Assembly (NCBI GenBank): GCA_036287865.1
Contig: CP126743.1
Coordinates: 527,846 to 591,845 of the forward strand
DNA: 64,000 nt
Direction of reading: 5' to 3'
Source: Fluviibacter phosphoraccumulans EoVTN8
GTDB lineage: Bacteria; Pseudomonadota; Gammaproteobacteria; Burkholderiales; Rhodocyclaceae
Both the position numbers and the translations under genes were made by a program. Positions 36,121 to 47,610 of the stretch are shown piece after piece (position 1 is the first letter of the stretch; every line of letters begins with the position of its first letter). Under the pieces are notes generated by a model. It did not search any database. It was not told the origin of the DNA and saw only the letters and a program-made list of their open reading frames with translations.

Positions 36121-38007
36121 TCAAAGGTCGATACGCCGGCTAATGATCATTGAATCGGGGATCGGCATGCTCAGGAATTCAATGGGCTGTTGCGCGTTGC
36201 GGAACATCAACCGGTATAAATTCCGACGCCAGCGCATCATGCCTTTTTCCGGACTAATGCCAACGATACACTGCGTAATGAAAAAAGACGCTGGTTCCGG
36301 ATATTTCGGGAGACTATCTGGCCAGTGTGCTTTTAGCTCATCGGTAATTGAAATTCGCTCCATAAAGCCACAGTTCATTTGGATCTGAAAAAAGCCTTTG
36401 TCACATAGGGTGACGTTCACTCTGTCTTCTGGTGCTACATATGGGGTGAGGACGTATTTAACGTAAAGTAGCGCTACCTGTTCATGGATCACGCCAAAGT
36501 GTTCCATGGTTGTACGTAGACCTCTAAGTGCAAGGTGTGGGTCGTTCAGTAGATAAATCCCGGTACCTTTGGTTCGTGGTGTTTTATCCGTAATCGTATT
36601 GGCAATATATTCTGTAATTGGTACGGCGTCTTTACGAATGCGTTCTAAAAGCGTAACGCGCGCGGTGCCAGGTGGTCATGATAATAATCATGACCAAGCT
36701 GAGTGCCAGAGGTAACCAGCCACCATCCAACAACTTGAGCGTGTTGGATGCAAAGAACACCGAGTCAATGACGATGAAGGTGCAGGCGCCTAGAATAGAT
36801 TGCCAGGTCTTCCAGCGCCAGATATTAATGACAGCCACAATCGCCAGGAAGTCTGTGATCAGCATGGTGCCGGTAACGGCAATGCCGTAAGCGGAGTCGA
36901 GGGCACTGGATGATTTGAAGATCAGGATGACAGCAACAACACAAAGGGCCAGTAGCATGTTAACGATGGGAACAAAGATCTGTCCGACAGAATCAGCGGC
37001 CGTTTGTAAGATGCGCATGTGGGGCAGAAAACCCAGTTGCCAGGCTTGGCGTGTCATCGAGAAGGCGCATGAAATAACGGCTTGTGAGGCAATCACTGTA
37101 GCGACAGCGGCCAGAATGATCAGCGCCTGGTGCAGCACGGCGGGTGCCATTATGTAGAACAGATTGCTTAAAGTGTCAGGTTGGTTGAGTAGCAGTGCAC
37201 CTTGTCCGAAATGGTTTAGTAGGAGAGCGGGTAGCACGAGACCCGTCCAGACAATACGAATGGGCAGCGGGCCAAAGTGGCCCATGTCTGCATACAGTGC
37301 TTTCGCACCGGTGAGACAGAGCATCACAGCGCCAAGCGCAAAAAATGCGAGGGGTCCGTGGGTTGCCAGAAATTCGATGGCATGGAATGGATTTAATACA
37401 GAAAGAACGCCGGGGTGCTGCAGGATATTGAGAACACCCAGAGCGCCAATCGCAACAAACCAGACCAGCATGACGGGCCCGAAAAAGAGGCCGATGGTGC
37501 CGGTGCCTCGGCGTTGTGACCATAAGAGTGCGAGCAGGATGCCAAGCGCTACAGGGATCACAAATTCCTTGAGGCTGGGGGAAATTAGTTTCAGGCCCTC
37601 TACCGCAGAGAGTACAGAAATGGCAGGCGTAATCACGCCGTCACCATAGAAGAATGATGCGCCGATGAGCCCAAGTATTAAAAGAGTGCGGCGTTTGGGT
37701 GAATCTTCCGGCAAGTGGCCCATGGCCAATGCCATCAACGCTATGATGCCGCCTTCACCATGATTGTCTGCACGCATCATGAAAAACACGTACTTCAGCG
37801 ACACCACCATCATCAGCGACCAGAAGAAGAGAGACAGTACGCCGTAGATATTGGCTTCACTCACTGGTACCGCGAATGGATCCCATTCGAAAAGACCTGT
37901 TCAAAAGCATAAAGCGGGCTGGTGCCGATGTCGCCGAAAACGATACCCAATGCGGCGAGGCTGAGTGCCTGCAGGGATTTTTTGGTGGTTGTTTCAGAAC
38001 TGCTCAT
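36121..38007 (-). pseudogene. kup: Potassium transporter Kup, two frameshifts
   Basis: [51 protein letters not shown]. Frameshifts near 37872 and 36655; total span is about full Kup length. Confidence 0.9.
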
Positions 38008-38092
38008 GGTTTGGCTTAGACGATTGTATAACCCTCAATTATATCAATCGAAGCTATGCATCCACTTTGATGGGGACTGCAAGTATTGTTTA

Positions 38093-38133
38093 TTGACAGG
38101 GGTTGTTTGATGTTTATACTTATGTATAAACAT
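38093..38133 (+). promoter_or_regulatory. Sigma70 promoter with overlapping palindromic operator of mazEF
   Basis: TTGACA (38093) - 16 nt - TATACT (38115); perfect inverted repeat ATGTTTATAC-TTAT-GTATAAACAT (38110-38133). Confidence 0.8.
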
Positions 38134-38154
38134 GCGTTGCAAAGGGAGCTAACT

Positions 38155-38409
38155 GTGAGCGAAGCCATTCTAGATATCAAGCATTGGGGAAATTCACTGG
38201 GTGTGCGTTTGCCAGCGGCGCTGGCTCGTGAAGTGGGATTAACGGTGGATCAGCGTGTGCGCCTGGTCGTTGAAGATGGTCGTGTGGTCATTACCCCTGT
38301 GAGCAATGAGCGATTGACGCTAGAACAACGTTTAGCGACTTATGATGTGCAGCGCCATGGGGGTGAAGCGATGAGCACGGATGAGCATCTCGGAGCTGAG
38401 CGGTGGTAG
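38155..38409 (+). CDS. mazE: AbrB/MazE-family antitoxin
   Basis: KHWGNSLGVRLPA, VEDGRVVITP; GTG 38155 with AGGGAG RBS. Confidence 0.88.
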   Translation: MSEAILDIKHWGNSLGVRLPAALAREVGLTVDQRVRLVVEDGRVVITPVSNERLTLEQRLATYDVQRHGGEAMSTDEHLGAERW

Positions 38410-38780
38410 GCCGCCTGCGAGTCAGTTCCCATTGGGTGCCGGATCGGCAGGACGTTATCTGGATTGATTGCAATCCGCAGTCTGGTAGAGAAATGAAGGA
38501 TTTGCATCCATTTCTGGTTCTATCGCCCAAGGCCTTTAACGAAAAGACCTCTTTGGTGGTCGGTCTCCCTATGACCACGGCTGCGTATAACGCAGACAAC
38601 CCCTTTGCAGTGGCCGTGGGGCACATAGAAAAGCGTGGCCAACCTAAAGTCAGTTTTGTTTTGTGTCACCAGCCAAAATCGTTCGACTGGCGTGCGCGTG
38701 GCGCGAAGCCGCATCCATTAGGTCAATTAGAGATGGCGGTGTTTCAGGAAGTGTGTGCTATTTTGAACCAGATTGCCTGA
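38403..38780 (+). CDS. mazF: PemK/MazF-family endoribonuclease toxin
   Basis: DVIWIDCNPQSGRE, HPFLVLSP, LPMTT, HQPKSFDWRARGA. Confidence 0.88.
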   Translation: MVGRLRVSSHWVPDRQDVIWIDCNPQSGREMKDLHPFLVLSPKAFNEKTSLVVGLPMTTAAYNADNPFAVAVGHIEKRGQPKVSFVLCHQPKSFDWRARGAKPHPLGQLEMAVFQEVCAILNQIA

Positions 38781-38812
38781 GTCTGCTCAAGCTTGAGTAG
38801 TACTCTAATAAC

Positions 38813-38848
38813 AAAAAGCCCCGGAGTTTTTAACCGCCGGGGCTTTTT
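38813..38848. terminator. Bidirectional terminator between mazF and nrdJ
   Basis: AAAAAGCCCCGG...CCGGGGCTTTTT. Confidence 0.85.
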
Positions 38849-38868
38849 ATTGGGTGCTACCTTAGTGC

Positions 38869-41745
38869 TTAGCCGCAGGTACCTACAGCACCGCAAGCGG
38901 TACAGAAGTCACAACCATCTTTTCTAATCATGGTGGTGTTGCCGCACTCGCTGCACAGCTTACCTTGAACTGGCTTCACCGCACCTTCTTCGGTTGGGGC
39001 TTGCAGAATACCCATCTGTTTCAGTGGGAAGCCGTTTTCATCGAGAATGCCCAGCATGGCGTAGCGATGTAGGATCAGGTGAGCCAGGTAAGCAATGGTC
39101 GACGGGTAGGTCTGTTGCTTACGCGAACCTGGTACGAAGGCCAGCATGTCACCCAGAGGTTCCGGGTAGTCCAGCAGCTTACGTAGCTTCATGCCGATCC
39201 AGGCTGGGTCAATAACGCGCATGTCTGTCGACAGCAGCTTCGAGAGGCCATCCAGGGCGCGCGGGTAGTTACCTGACAGCCACATTGAGTATGGGCGGCT
39301 CACGTCATCTGGCAGGGTGATTTCTTTCAGACCCAGTACGAAGTCTTCGCCGGTGTTCGGGTTGTAGATATCAACCGTCCACGACAGGGTGCCATCAGTA
39401 CCGGTTTTCGGCTCTTTGGCGCTCATCAGGGCATCGAATACTGGGGTTGGTAGATCCTGCTTGAACCAGCCCAGTTGCTCGACACGGAAGCGCACCAGTT
39501 GTGCGAATGCCGAAACTGACGACGACATGAGCTGACGTTCACCATTCGGTGGGAAGGCTATGTCAAACGATTCGCCGGCAGATGGGGTGTTCGACAGTGA
39601 GTCGAGCTTCAGCTTCAGCCAGGCCGGGTCGTTGGCGCGCATGTCCATCGAGAGGGTCTTGGCAACCGCACCCAGGCCACGCGGTTGGTCCGGGCCGTTA
39701 ACCCAGACTTCGAATGGCCAGTTTTTGGCTTCCTGTTCAACGTGACCGACAAACAGCGCGAACTTACCGAACGGACCATCAATCATGTAGGTCCAGGCCA
39801 GGTTACCTTCAGGCAGGTTAGGGCGGTTTGGCCAGCGCAGCGATGAAAGAACCGGTGCCGGCAGATACTTGATGTGCAGACGACGGTTAGCATCGTTGGT
39901 CACAAAGTCTTGTGGTTGTTTCTTCTCTTCTTCTTGCTTTGACGTATCAACCGACAGCACCGAACCTAGCACGCTGTTCGGACGATAGGTGGCAAGACCC
40001 TTCAAACCGGCCTTCCAGGCTTGCATGTACAGATCCTGGAACTCTTCGTACGGGTAGTCAGCCGGTACGTTCACCGTCTTAGAGATCGAGGTGTCGATAA
40101 ACGGTGCCACTGCGGCAACCATGTCTTTGTGCGCCTTGGCCGACAGTTCCAGCGCCGTCACAAAGTAGTCTGGCAGATTGTTCACGTTGCCGCCCAGGTG
40201 GCGGTACAGACGCCAAGCGTGGTCTTCAACGGCGTATTCTTTGATGTTGCCATCGGCCATGCGCTTCTTACGGGTGTAGGTCCAAGAGAAGGCTGGTTCG
40301 ATGCCGTTCGAGGCGTTGTCGGCAAAGGCTAGCGAGATGGTGCCGGTAGGCGCGATCGACAGCAGATGCGAGTTGCGCAGGCCGTGCTTACGGATCTCGG
40401 CCTTCACTTCGTTCGATAGACGCGAGGCAAAGTTGCCACCCGACAGATACAGCTCGGCGTTGAACAGCGGGAAAGCACCACGCTCTTTAGCCAGATCGAC
40501 CGAGGTCAGATACGCGGTGTCGCGCATGTATCTAGAGATCTTCGAAGCCATGGCTAGTGCTTTTTGCGAGTCATAACGCAGCTTCAGCATGTACAGCGCA
40601 TCACCCAGGCCTGTGAAGCCCAGGCCGACACGGCGCTTATTCATCGCTTCCTGTTGCTGGTTGGCGAGTGGCCAGTGGGTGGCATCCAGTACGTTATCCA
40701 GCATACGGATCGACACTTTAACGACTTCACCGAAGGCAGCGAAATCGAACTCGGCCTTCTCGCCAAATGGATCAATGACGAAGTGGGTGAGGTCGATCGA
40801 ACCCAGGCAGCAGCAGCCGTATGGGGGCAGCGGCTGTTCTGCGCAAGGATTCGTTGCTTCGATCAATTCGCAGTAGTTGAGGTTGTTGTCCTTGTTCATG
40901 CGATCCAGGAACAGGATGCCAGGTTCAGCATGATCGTAGGTGGACTGCATGACCTGATCCCACAGATCACGGGCGCGCACCTTGCGGTAAACCCACATGC
41001 CGTCTTCGCGCTGGTAGGCGCCTTCGGCCAGGATGTCTTCGTTAGGCTCTGCAATGTGGACCAGTTCAACGCTATCGTCGGCTTCAACCGCTTTCATGAA
41101 GGGATCGGTCACGCCGATCGAGATGTTGAAGTTGGTCAGGTCGCCTTTGTTTTTGGCGTGGATGAATAGTTCGATGTCCGGATGGTCGCAACGCATCACC
41201 CCCATCTGGGCACCACGGCGCGCACCGGCAGATTCAACGGTTTCGCACGAACGGTCGAATACGCGCATGTACGAGACAGGACCCGAAGCGCGGGAGTGGG
41301 TGCCTTTAACGCGAGCGCCTTGTGGGCGGATCGACGAGAAGTCGTAGCCAACGCCGCCGCCGCGACGCATGGTTTCGGCCGCTTCAGCCAGCGCGGTGTA
41401 GATGCCTGGGCGGCCATTAACTGTTTCAACGACCGAGTCACCGACCGGCTGCACAAAGCAGTTGATCAGCGTGGCTTGCAGGTCGGTACCGGCGGCGGAG
41501 TTAATACGACCTGCTGGCACAAAGCCGTTTTCCTGTGCCCACAGGAATTTGCTTTCCCATTTGGCGCGGTTTTTTTCATCTTCAACCTTGGCCAGGGCGA
41601 GGGCAACGCGGGCGCGTACTTCCTGGATTGATTGCTCTTTGCCCTTGGCGTATTTTTCAATCAGAACTTCGGTACAGATTTCCTGTGGTGGAAGATCGGC
41701 ACGTGCAGTTGCGGCTGTCTGTTGGGTGTTTGTCTCGGTTGTCAT
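38869..41745 (-). CDS. nrdJ: Adenosylcobalamin-dependent (class II) ribonucleotide reductase
   Basis: [53 protein letters not shown]-terminal Zn ribbon; no ATP cone evident. Confidence 0.93.
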   Translation of the reverse strand: MTTETNTQQTAATARADLPPQEICTEVLIEKYAKGKEQSIQEVRARVALALAKVEDEKNRAKWESKFLWAQENGFVPAGRINSAAGTDLQATLINCFVQPVGDSVVETVNGRPGIYTALAEAAETMRRGGGVGYDFSSIRPQGARVKGTHSRASGPVSYMRVFDRSCETVESAGARRGAQMGVMRCDHPDIELFIHAKNKGDLTNFNISIGVTDPFMKAVEADDSVELVHIAEPNEDILAEGAYQREDGMWVYRKVRARDLWDQVMQSTYDHAEPGILFLDRMNKDNNLNYCELIEATNPCAEQPLPPYGCCCLGSIDLTHFVIDPFGEKAEFDFAAFGEVVKVSIRMLDNVLDATHWPLANQQQEAMNKRRVGLGFTGLGDALYMLKLRYDSQKALAMASKISRYMRDTAYLTSVDLAKERGAFPLFNAELYLSGGNFASRLSNEVKAEIRKHGLRNSHLLSIAPTGTISLAFADNASNGIEPAFSWTYTRKKRMADGNIKEYAVEDHAWRLYRHLGGNVNNLPDYFVTALELSAKAHKDMVAAVAPFIDTSISKTVNVPADYPYEEFQDLYMQAWKAGLKGLATYRPNSVLGSVLSVDTSKQEEEKKQPQDFVTNDANRRLHIKYLPAPVLSSLRWPNRPNLPEGNLAWTYMIDGPFGKFALFVGHVEQEAKNWPFEVWVNGPDQPRGLGAVAKTLSMDMRANDPAWLKLKLDSLSNTPSAGESFDIAFPPNGERQLMSSSVSAFAQLVRFRVEQLGWFKQDLPTPVFDALMSAKEPKTGTDGTLSWTVDIYNPNTGEDFVLGLKEITLPDDVSRPYSMWLSGNYPRALDGLSKLLSTDMRVIDPAWIGMKLRKLLDYPEPLGDMLAFVPGSRKQQTYPSTIAYLAHLILHRYAMLGILDENGFPLKQMGILQAPTEEGAVKPVQGKLCSECGNTTMIRKDGCDFCTACGAVGTCG

Positions 41746-41814
41746 GGTTGTGTCCGTAACAGTTTTGTATTTGATGGAGTTTGGAAGATTCGCGGAAATT
41801 TGTATGGATGAAAT

Positions 41815-41861
41815 TTACTACATCTAGTGTCCTAGTTCAAACGTTTCTCTAGATATAGTGT
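41815..41861. promoter_or_regulatory. Tandem NrdR boxes
   Basis: TTACTACATCTAGTGT (41815) and TCTCTAGATATAGTGT (41846), 31 nt apart, upstream of nrdJ; fit the acaCwAtATaTwGtg consensus. Confidence 0.85.
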
Positions 41862-41880
41862 TTTGTGTCAAAGCGAGACG

Positions 41881-41946
41881 TATCAATGGCTTGCGCGTTT
41901 ACCCGCGCGGAACCACTTGATTTACCTGTCTGAAAATAATTTTCAG
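41881..41946. promoter_or_regulatory. IHF-like site(s) and an 8-bp palindrome in the nrdJ-aroC intergenic region
   Basis: TATCAATGGCTTG matches WATCAANNNNTTR; a second inverted near-match at about 41911-41923; CTGAAAAT-A-ATTTTCAG at 41930-41946. Confidence 0.45.
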
Positions 41947-42152
41947 TGTCTAAACGATCTGGATTTGCGGGTTGCGTTGTTAAATTCCTGTGCCTGGTGC
42001 ATCGCATATATGTTTGCTGCATAGCTGCATACGCAAAACCTTGTCCGTACAGGGAATAACCACAGCACATGCTAGAATTTGTGCACGTTCAGGCGCAATG
42101 GAAGTGTTTTGTCGCCAGAAATTTCACAAAAATTTCAGAAAAATCAGACACT

Positions 42153-43259
42153 ATGTCCGGAAATACGATCGGTACCCTGTTTACAGTCACCTCGTTTGGC
42201 GAATCCCACGGTCCAGCGATTGGGTGCGTGGTTGATGGCTGCTCCCCGGGGTTGGCTATTACCGAAGCCGATATCCAGGCAGAACTGGATCGCCGTAAAC
42301 CCGGTACATCACGTCATGTCACGCAGCGTCGCGAACCGGATTCGGTAGAAATCCTGTCGGGTGTTTTCGAGGGTAAAACCACCGGCGCACCGATAGGGTT
42401 GCTGATTCGCAATACGGATCAACGGAGCAAAGACTACGGCAATATCTCGGAGCAGTTCCGCCCGGGGCATGCTGATTACACCTACTGGCAAAAGTACGGC
42501 ATCCGCGATTATCGCGGTGGCGGTCGTTCATCGGCCCGTGAAACTGCCGTGCGTGTTGCCGCTGGGGCTGTTGCCCGCAAATGGTTGTTCGAGCGTTATG
42601 GCATTACGATCCAGGGCTGGATGGATCAGCTGGGCCCGATTGAGATTCCTTTTGTTGCCGCCGATCAGATCGATCAGAACCCCTTCTTTGCGCCGAACAA
42701 TGAGATCGTTCCCGAGCTTGAAGCGTATATGAATGCGCTACGTAAAGATGGCGATTCGGTCGGGGGCGGTATTACCGTTGTCGCACGTGGCGTACCTGCT
42801 GGTTGGGGAGAGCCGGTCTATGACCGTTTCGATGCCGATCTGGCGCATGCGCTTATGGGTATCAATGCCGTCAAAGGTGTAGAAATCGGTGCCGGTTTTG
42901 ATTCGATTGTTCAGCGCGGTACCGAACATGGTGATGAAATTACGCCACAGGGTTTCTTGAGCAATAACGCCGGTGGTGTGCTGGGTGGTATTACAACGGG
43001 GCAGGATGTCGTGGCGCGTATCGCGATTAAACCAACCTCGAGCATTCGTACGCCGCGTCGGAGTATCAACGTCCGTAATGAAGAAGTGATGATTGAAACC
43101 TTCGGCCGGCACGATCCTTGTGTGGCGATTCGTGCCACACCGATTGCCGAATCCATGATGGCGATTGTGTTGATGGATCACGCCTTGCGGCATCGTGCCC
43201 AATGTGGCGATGTGGATTCGGGGTTGCCAGCGGTGCCGGCTTCGGCACCGCGTGCCTGA
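42153..43259 (+). CDS. aroC: Chorismate synthase
   Basis: [46 protein letters not shown]. Confidence 0.96.
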   Translation: MSGNTIGTLFTVTSFGESHGPAIGCVVDGCSPGLAITEADIQAELDRRKPGTSRHVTQRREPDSVEILSGVFEGKTTGAPIGLLIRNTDQRSKDYGNISEQFRPGHADYTYWQKYGIRDYRGGGRSSARETAVRVAAGAVARKWLFERYGITIQGWMDQLGPIEIPFVAADQIDQNPFFAPNNEIVPELEAYMNALRKDGDSVGGGITVVARGVPAGWGEPVYDRFDADLAHALMGINAVKGVEIGAGFDSIVQRGTEHGDEITPQGFLSNNAGGVLGGITTGQDVVARIAIKPTSSIRTPRRSINVRNEEVMIETFGRHDPCVAIRATPIAESMMAIVLMDHALRHRAQCGDVDSGLPAVPASAPRA

Positions 43260-43291
43260 GCTATTGAGCACATTCTAGGCGCTGCTTTCTG

Positions 43292-44353
43292 ATGACTGGT
43301 GCGCCGCTCCCTTACTGGCGGCTGTCACTCTATTACTTTTTCTATTTCGCCTTCATTGGCGTTTTTTCGCCGTATTTCACGCTCTATCTGCAGGGCTTGA
43401 GTCTCAGTGCAGCGGATATCGTCTTGCTGATGTCGCAGATGCAGTTGATGCGACTGCTGGCGCCCACGTTCTGGGGCTGGCTGGCCGATAAGCGGGGGCG
43501 TCGGGTCGATATCATCCGGTTGTCGGCGCTCTGCGCCTGTGTTGGCTTTACCGGATTTTTCCTGACGGATGATTTTATTTATCTGTTCATCCCCATGACG
43601 TTGATGGCCTTCTTCTAGAGTGCATCGCTGCCACTGGTGGAAAGCTTGACCTTTGTGCATCTCAAAGATCAGCCGCAGCGCTATAGACAGATCCGCGTTT
43701 GGGGTTCGGTGGGGTTTATTGTGGCCGTGCTGCTGGGTGGCGCGTTGCTCGATCAACTGCCGATTAGTGATGTGCCCGCGATGGTGTTTGTGGTGCTGAT
43801 CGGTATTCTGGTCATGGCATTTAAAGTACCAGAGGGGTTGCATCTTCCTCGAACGGGCGCAGCCGAAGCCGCTGATGAGGCAATCGCATCGCTAGGATCG
43901 GTGATACGGGAGCGTCGGGTCCGGATGCTATTGCTCGCCTGTTTTCTGATGTCATCGGCGCATGGCGTGTATTACGTATTTTATTCCATTCACCTGGATG
44001 CACTAGGGTACAGCAAGGGGATGATCGGATGGGGCGGTGAATCGATTATTCTGTTGTTGATTGCCCAGACGATGCACGGCGTGACCTTCGGGGTGCATCA
44101 TGCCGCATCGATTGCCGCAGTGAATGACTGGTTCCCGAAACATATTCACACCAGGGGGCAGGCGCTGTATTCCAGCCTGTCTTTTGGCGGCGGTTTGTTT
44201 GGTGGCCTCGTCTGCGGCCTGGTCTGGGATCCGCTCGGTGCGGGTTGGGCTTTCACACTCGGTGCGCTTTTTGCATTGGCTGGGTGGTTTTGTATTGCCA
44301 AGGGGATGTCTGTAGCGGCTGAAACCCCAAACAGCGCGCCCCTTGTGCGATAA
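43292..44353 (+). pseudogene. MFS transporter (MFS_1-like, 3-phenylpropionate/maltose permease type), disrupted
   Basis: YWRLSLYYFFY, RVWGSVGF, YYVFYSIHL; in-frame TAG at 43616-43618; apparent internal deletion near 44025. Confidence 0.8.
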
Positions 44354-44404
44354 TTTCCGGCTCTTGGCCGTGCTTGGCACTGCATTGCATCTACGGAATT
44401 CGCC

Positions 44405-45826
44405 ATGGCAAAAACACTTTACGATAAATTGTGGGAAAACCACGTTGCCTGTCAGGAAGAAGACGGCACAGCGCTGATCTATATTGACCGTCATCTGGTA
44501 CACGAAGTGACCAGCCCACAAGCCTTTGAAGGGCTGCGAATGGCCAATCGCAAGGCCTGGCGTATTGAGTCTGTGGTGGCCACCGCTGACCACAACACAC
44601 CGACCGATGGTTGGGAAAAGGCCGAAGGCACAGCTTGTATTGATGACGAGATCTCGCGTCTGCAGGTCGATACACTCGATGCCAACATTCGCGCGAACGG
44701 CGCGTTAGCTTATTTTCCCTTCAAAGATGTACGTCAGGGCATCGTGCATGTGGTTGGTCCGGAGCAGGGCGCCACACTACCGGGTATGACTGTCGTCTGC
44801 GGTGACTCGCATACCTCAACGCATGGTGCGTTTGCTGCGTTGGCCTTTGGTATCGGTACCTCGGAAGTCGAGCACGTGCTGGCCACGCAGACACTGATTT
44901 CCAAAAAATCCAAGTCGATGCTGATTCGCATTGAAGGCCACGTTGGTAAGGGTGTCGGCGCTAAAGACATCGTGCTGGCCATTATTGGCAAGATTGGCAC
45001 CGCAGGTGGTATGGGTTATGCCATCGAGTTTGCCGGCAGCGCCATTCGTGGTTTGTCGATGGAAGGTCGTATGACCGTTTGCAATATGGCCATCGAAGCT
45101 GGTGCGCGCGCCGGTATGGTGGCAGTGGATGATATGACCATCAATTACGTACAAGGCCGTAACTTCGCGCCAAAGGGCTGCGATTGGGATAAGGCCGTGG
45201 CTTACTGGCGCACGCTGCATACCGATGAGGGTGCAAAATTCGACAAAGTAGTTGAGCTTGATGCGCGCACCATTCAGCCGCAAGTGACCTGGGGTACTTC
45301 ACCAGAAATGGTGGTCGGCATTAACGAGATGATTCCTGATCCGGCGAAGGAGCAGGATCTGGTTAAGCGTGAAGGGATGGAGTGCGCGCTGGCTTATATG
45401 GGTTTGAATCCGAACACACCAATTGCCGGTGTACCCGTCGACAAGATTTTTATCGGTTCGTGCACCAACTCGCGTATCGAAGATTTGCGTCAGGCCGCTG
45501 CCATTGTGCGCGGTTGTTCCGTAGCCGCGACTATAAAGCTGGCGCTGGTGGTGCCGGGTTCGGGTCTCGTTAAGCGTCAGGCCGAAGAAGAGGGTCTGGA
45601 CAAGATTTTCAAGGCCGCGGGCTTTGAATGGCGTGAACCGGGTTGTTCTATGTGTCTGGGCATGAATGCAGACCGTCTGTCGCCGGGTGAGCGTTGTGCC
45701 TCGACCTCGAATCGTAACTTTGAAGGCCGTCAAGGCCCGATGGGTCGTACCCATCTGGTGAGCCCGATCATGGCCGCGGCTGCGGCTATCGCTGGCCGTT
45801 TCGTTGATGTGCGGGAGGTGCTGTAA
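44405..45826 (+). CDS. leuC: 3-isopropylmalate dehydratase large subunit
   Basis: [48 protein letters not shown]. Confidence 0.97.
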   Translation: MAKTLYDKLWENHVACQEEDGTALIYIDRHLVHEVTSPQAFEGLRMANRKAWRIESVVATADHNTPTDGWEKAEGTACIDDEISRLQVDTLDANIRANGALAYFPFKDVRQGIVHVVGPEQGATLPGMTVVCGDSHTSTHGAFAALAFGIGTSEVEHVLATQTLISKKSKSMLIRIEGHVGKGVGAKDIVLAIIGKIGTAGGMGYAIEFAGSAIRGLSMEGRMTVCNMAIEAGARAGMVAVDDMTINYVQGRNFAPKGCDWDKAVAYWRTLHTDEGAKFDKVVELDARTIQPQVTWGTSPEMVVGINEMIPDPAKEQDLVKREGMECALAYMGLNPNTPIAGVPVDKIFIGSCTNSRIEDLRQAAAIVRGCSVAATIKLALVVPGSGLVKRQAEEEGLDKIFKAAGFEWREPGCSMCLGMNADRLSPGERCASTSNRNFEGRQGPMGRTHLVSPIMAAAAAIAGRFVDVREVL

Positions 45827-46467
45827 TGGATAAGTTTGTTGTGCTGGATGGCCTGGTAGCACCGCTGGATCGTGCCAATGTCGATACCGATGCCATCATC
45901 CCGAAGCAGTTTCTGAAGTCGATTAACCGTTCGGGGTTTGGTCCGTTCGCATTTGACGAATGGCGTTACATGGATGTGGGGCAGCCAGGTCAGGATTGCA
46001 CCAACCGTCCGCTGAATCCGCAGTTCTCGCTGAACCAGCCGAAGTTCAAGGGCGCGTCGGTGCTGCTAACCCGTCAGAACTTCGGTTGCGGTAGTTCCCG
46101 TGAACACGCCCCATGGGCGCTGCTCGACTATGGCTTCCACGCCATCATTGCCGAGTCCTTTGCCGACATTTTCTTCAACAACTGTTTCAAGAACGGCATC
46201 CTGCCGATCGTATTGCCAACGCAAGTGGTCGATCGCCTTTTTGCCGAAACGCTGGCAACGCCGGGTTACCGCCTGGTTGTGGATCTGCCGAATCAGGTGG
46301 TGCGCACACCATCGGGTGATGCGATTCCTTTTGACGTGGATGCTTTCCGCAAGGAATGTCTGATCAACGGTTGGGATGATATCGGTCTGACGTTGCGCCA
46401 TGCAGATGCGATTCATGCCTATGAAGATCGTCGCCGTAACGAACAGCCCTGGTTGTTTGCTAAATAA
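45826..46467 (+). CDS. leuD: 3-isopropylmalate dehydratase small subunit
   Basis: [33 protein letters not shown]. Confidence 0.97.
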   Translation: MDKFVVLDGLVAPLDRANVDTDAIIPKQFLKSINRSGFGPFAFDEWRYMDVGQPGQDCTNRPLNPQFSLNQPKFKGASVLLTRQNFGCGSSREHAPWALLDYGFHAIIAESFADIFFNNCFKNGILPIVLPTQVVDRLFAETLATPGYRLVVDLPNQVVRTPSGDAIPFDVDAFRKECLINGWDDIGLTLRHADAIHAYEDRRRNEQPWLFAK

Positions 46468-46485
46468 TTCTCTGGAGTATTTCTG

Positions 46486-47565
46486 ATGTCTCGCAAGATT
46501 CTCGTACTGCCGGGTGACGGCATTGGCCCTGAAATTACTGCTGAAGCAGTGCGCGTGCTCGAAGCGCTGAACAAGAGTGGCCTTGGTCTGGAAATCACCA
46601 CCGGTCTGCTGGGCGGCTGCGCCGTTGATGCCACAGGTGAACCGTATCCGGCCGAAACGCGCACCAAGGCTGAAGCAGCCGATGCCGTGCTGCTCGGTGC
46701 AGTGGGTGGTCCGCAGTGGGATACGTTGCCGCGTGAACAGCGTCCGGAGCGCGGTCTGCTTGGCATTCGTAAGCACCTGAACCTTTTTGCTAACCTTCGT
46801 CCGGCCATTCTGTATCCCGAGCTGGCTAATGCCTCGTTGCTCAAGCCTGAAGTCGTATCGGGTCTGGATATCCTGATCGTGCGCGAACTCACCGGCGACA
46901 TCTACTTCGGTCAGCCACGTGGCGTTGAAGAGCGCGACACGGAGTGGGGTCGCCAGAAGGTGGGCTATAACACCATGGTTTACGCCGAGAGCGAAATCCG
47001 CCGTATCGCCCATGTGGCTTTTCAGGCAGCGCAGAAACGCGGCAAGAAGCTGTGCTCGGTTGATAAGATGAACGTGCTGGAATGTACCCAGTTCTGGCGC
47101 GATATCTTTGAAGAGATCGCCAAGGAATATCCGGACGTGCAACTTTCGCACATGCTGGTGGATAACGCCGCCATGCAGCTGGTGCGTGCGCCGAAGCAGT
47201 TTGATGTCATGGTCACCGGCAATATGTTCGGTGACATCCTGTCGGATGAAGCCTCAATGCTCACGGGTTCGATCGGCATGCTGCCGTCGGCCTCGCTGGA
47301 CGAAAACAATAAAGGTTTATACGAACCATCACATGGTTCCGCCTCGGATATCGCCGGTAAGGGCGTGGCCAACCCGTTGGCAACGATTCTGTCCGCCGCC
47401 ATGCTCCTGCGCTACACTTTCGGTTTGGAAGCCGAAGCGGTGCGTATCGAGAATGTGGTTCGCACGGTGTTAGCTCAGGGCTATCGTACGGCCGACATCT
47501 ATGAAGAGGGCACCCGCAAGGTGGGTACCCGCGAGATGGGCGATGCTGTACTTGCAGCACTGTAA
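46486..47565 (+). CDS. leuB: 3-isopropylmalate dehydrogenase
   Basis: [38 protein letters not shown], HGSAxDIAG. Confidence 0.97.
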   Translation: MSRKILVLPGDGIGPEITAEAVRVLEALNKSGLGLEITTGLLGGCAVDATGEPYPAETRTKAEAADAVLLGAVGGPQWDTLPREQRPERGLLGIRKHLNLFANLRPAILYPELANASLLKPEVVSGLDILIVRELTGDIYFGQPRGVEERDTEWGRQKVGYNTMVYAESEIRRIAHVAFQAAQKRGKKLCSVDKMNVLECTQFWRDIFEEIAKEYPDVQLSHMLVDNAAMQLVRAPKQFDVMVTGNMFGDILSDEASMLTGSIGMLPSASLDENNKGLYEPSHGSASDIAGKGVANPLATILSAAMLLRYTFGLEAEAVRIENVVRTVLAQGYRTADIYEEGTRKVGTREMGDAVLAAL

Positions 47566-47610
47566 TTGAAGTTATATCAATAAATAGCAGTTCACACGGA
47601 GATAAGAGTC

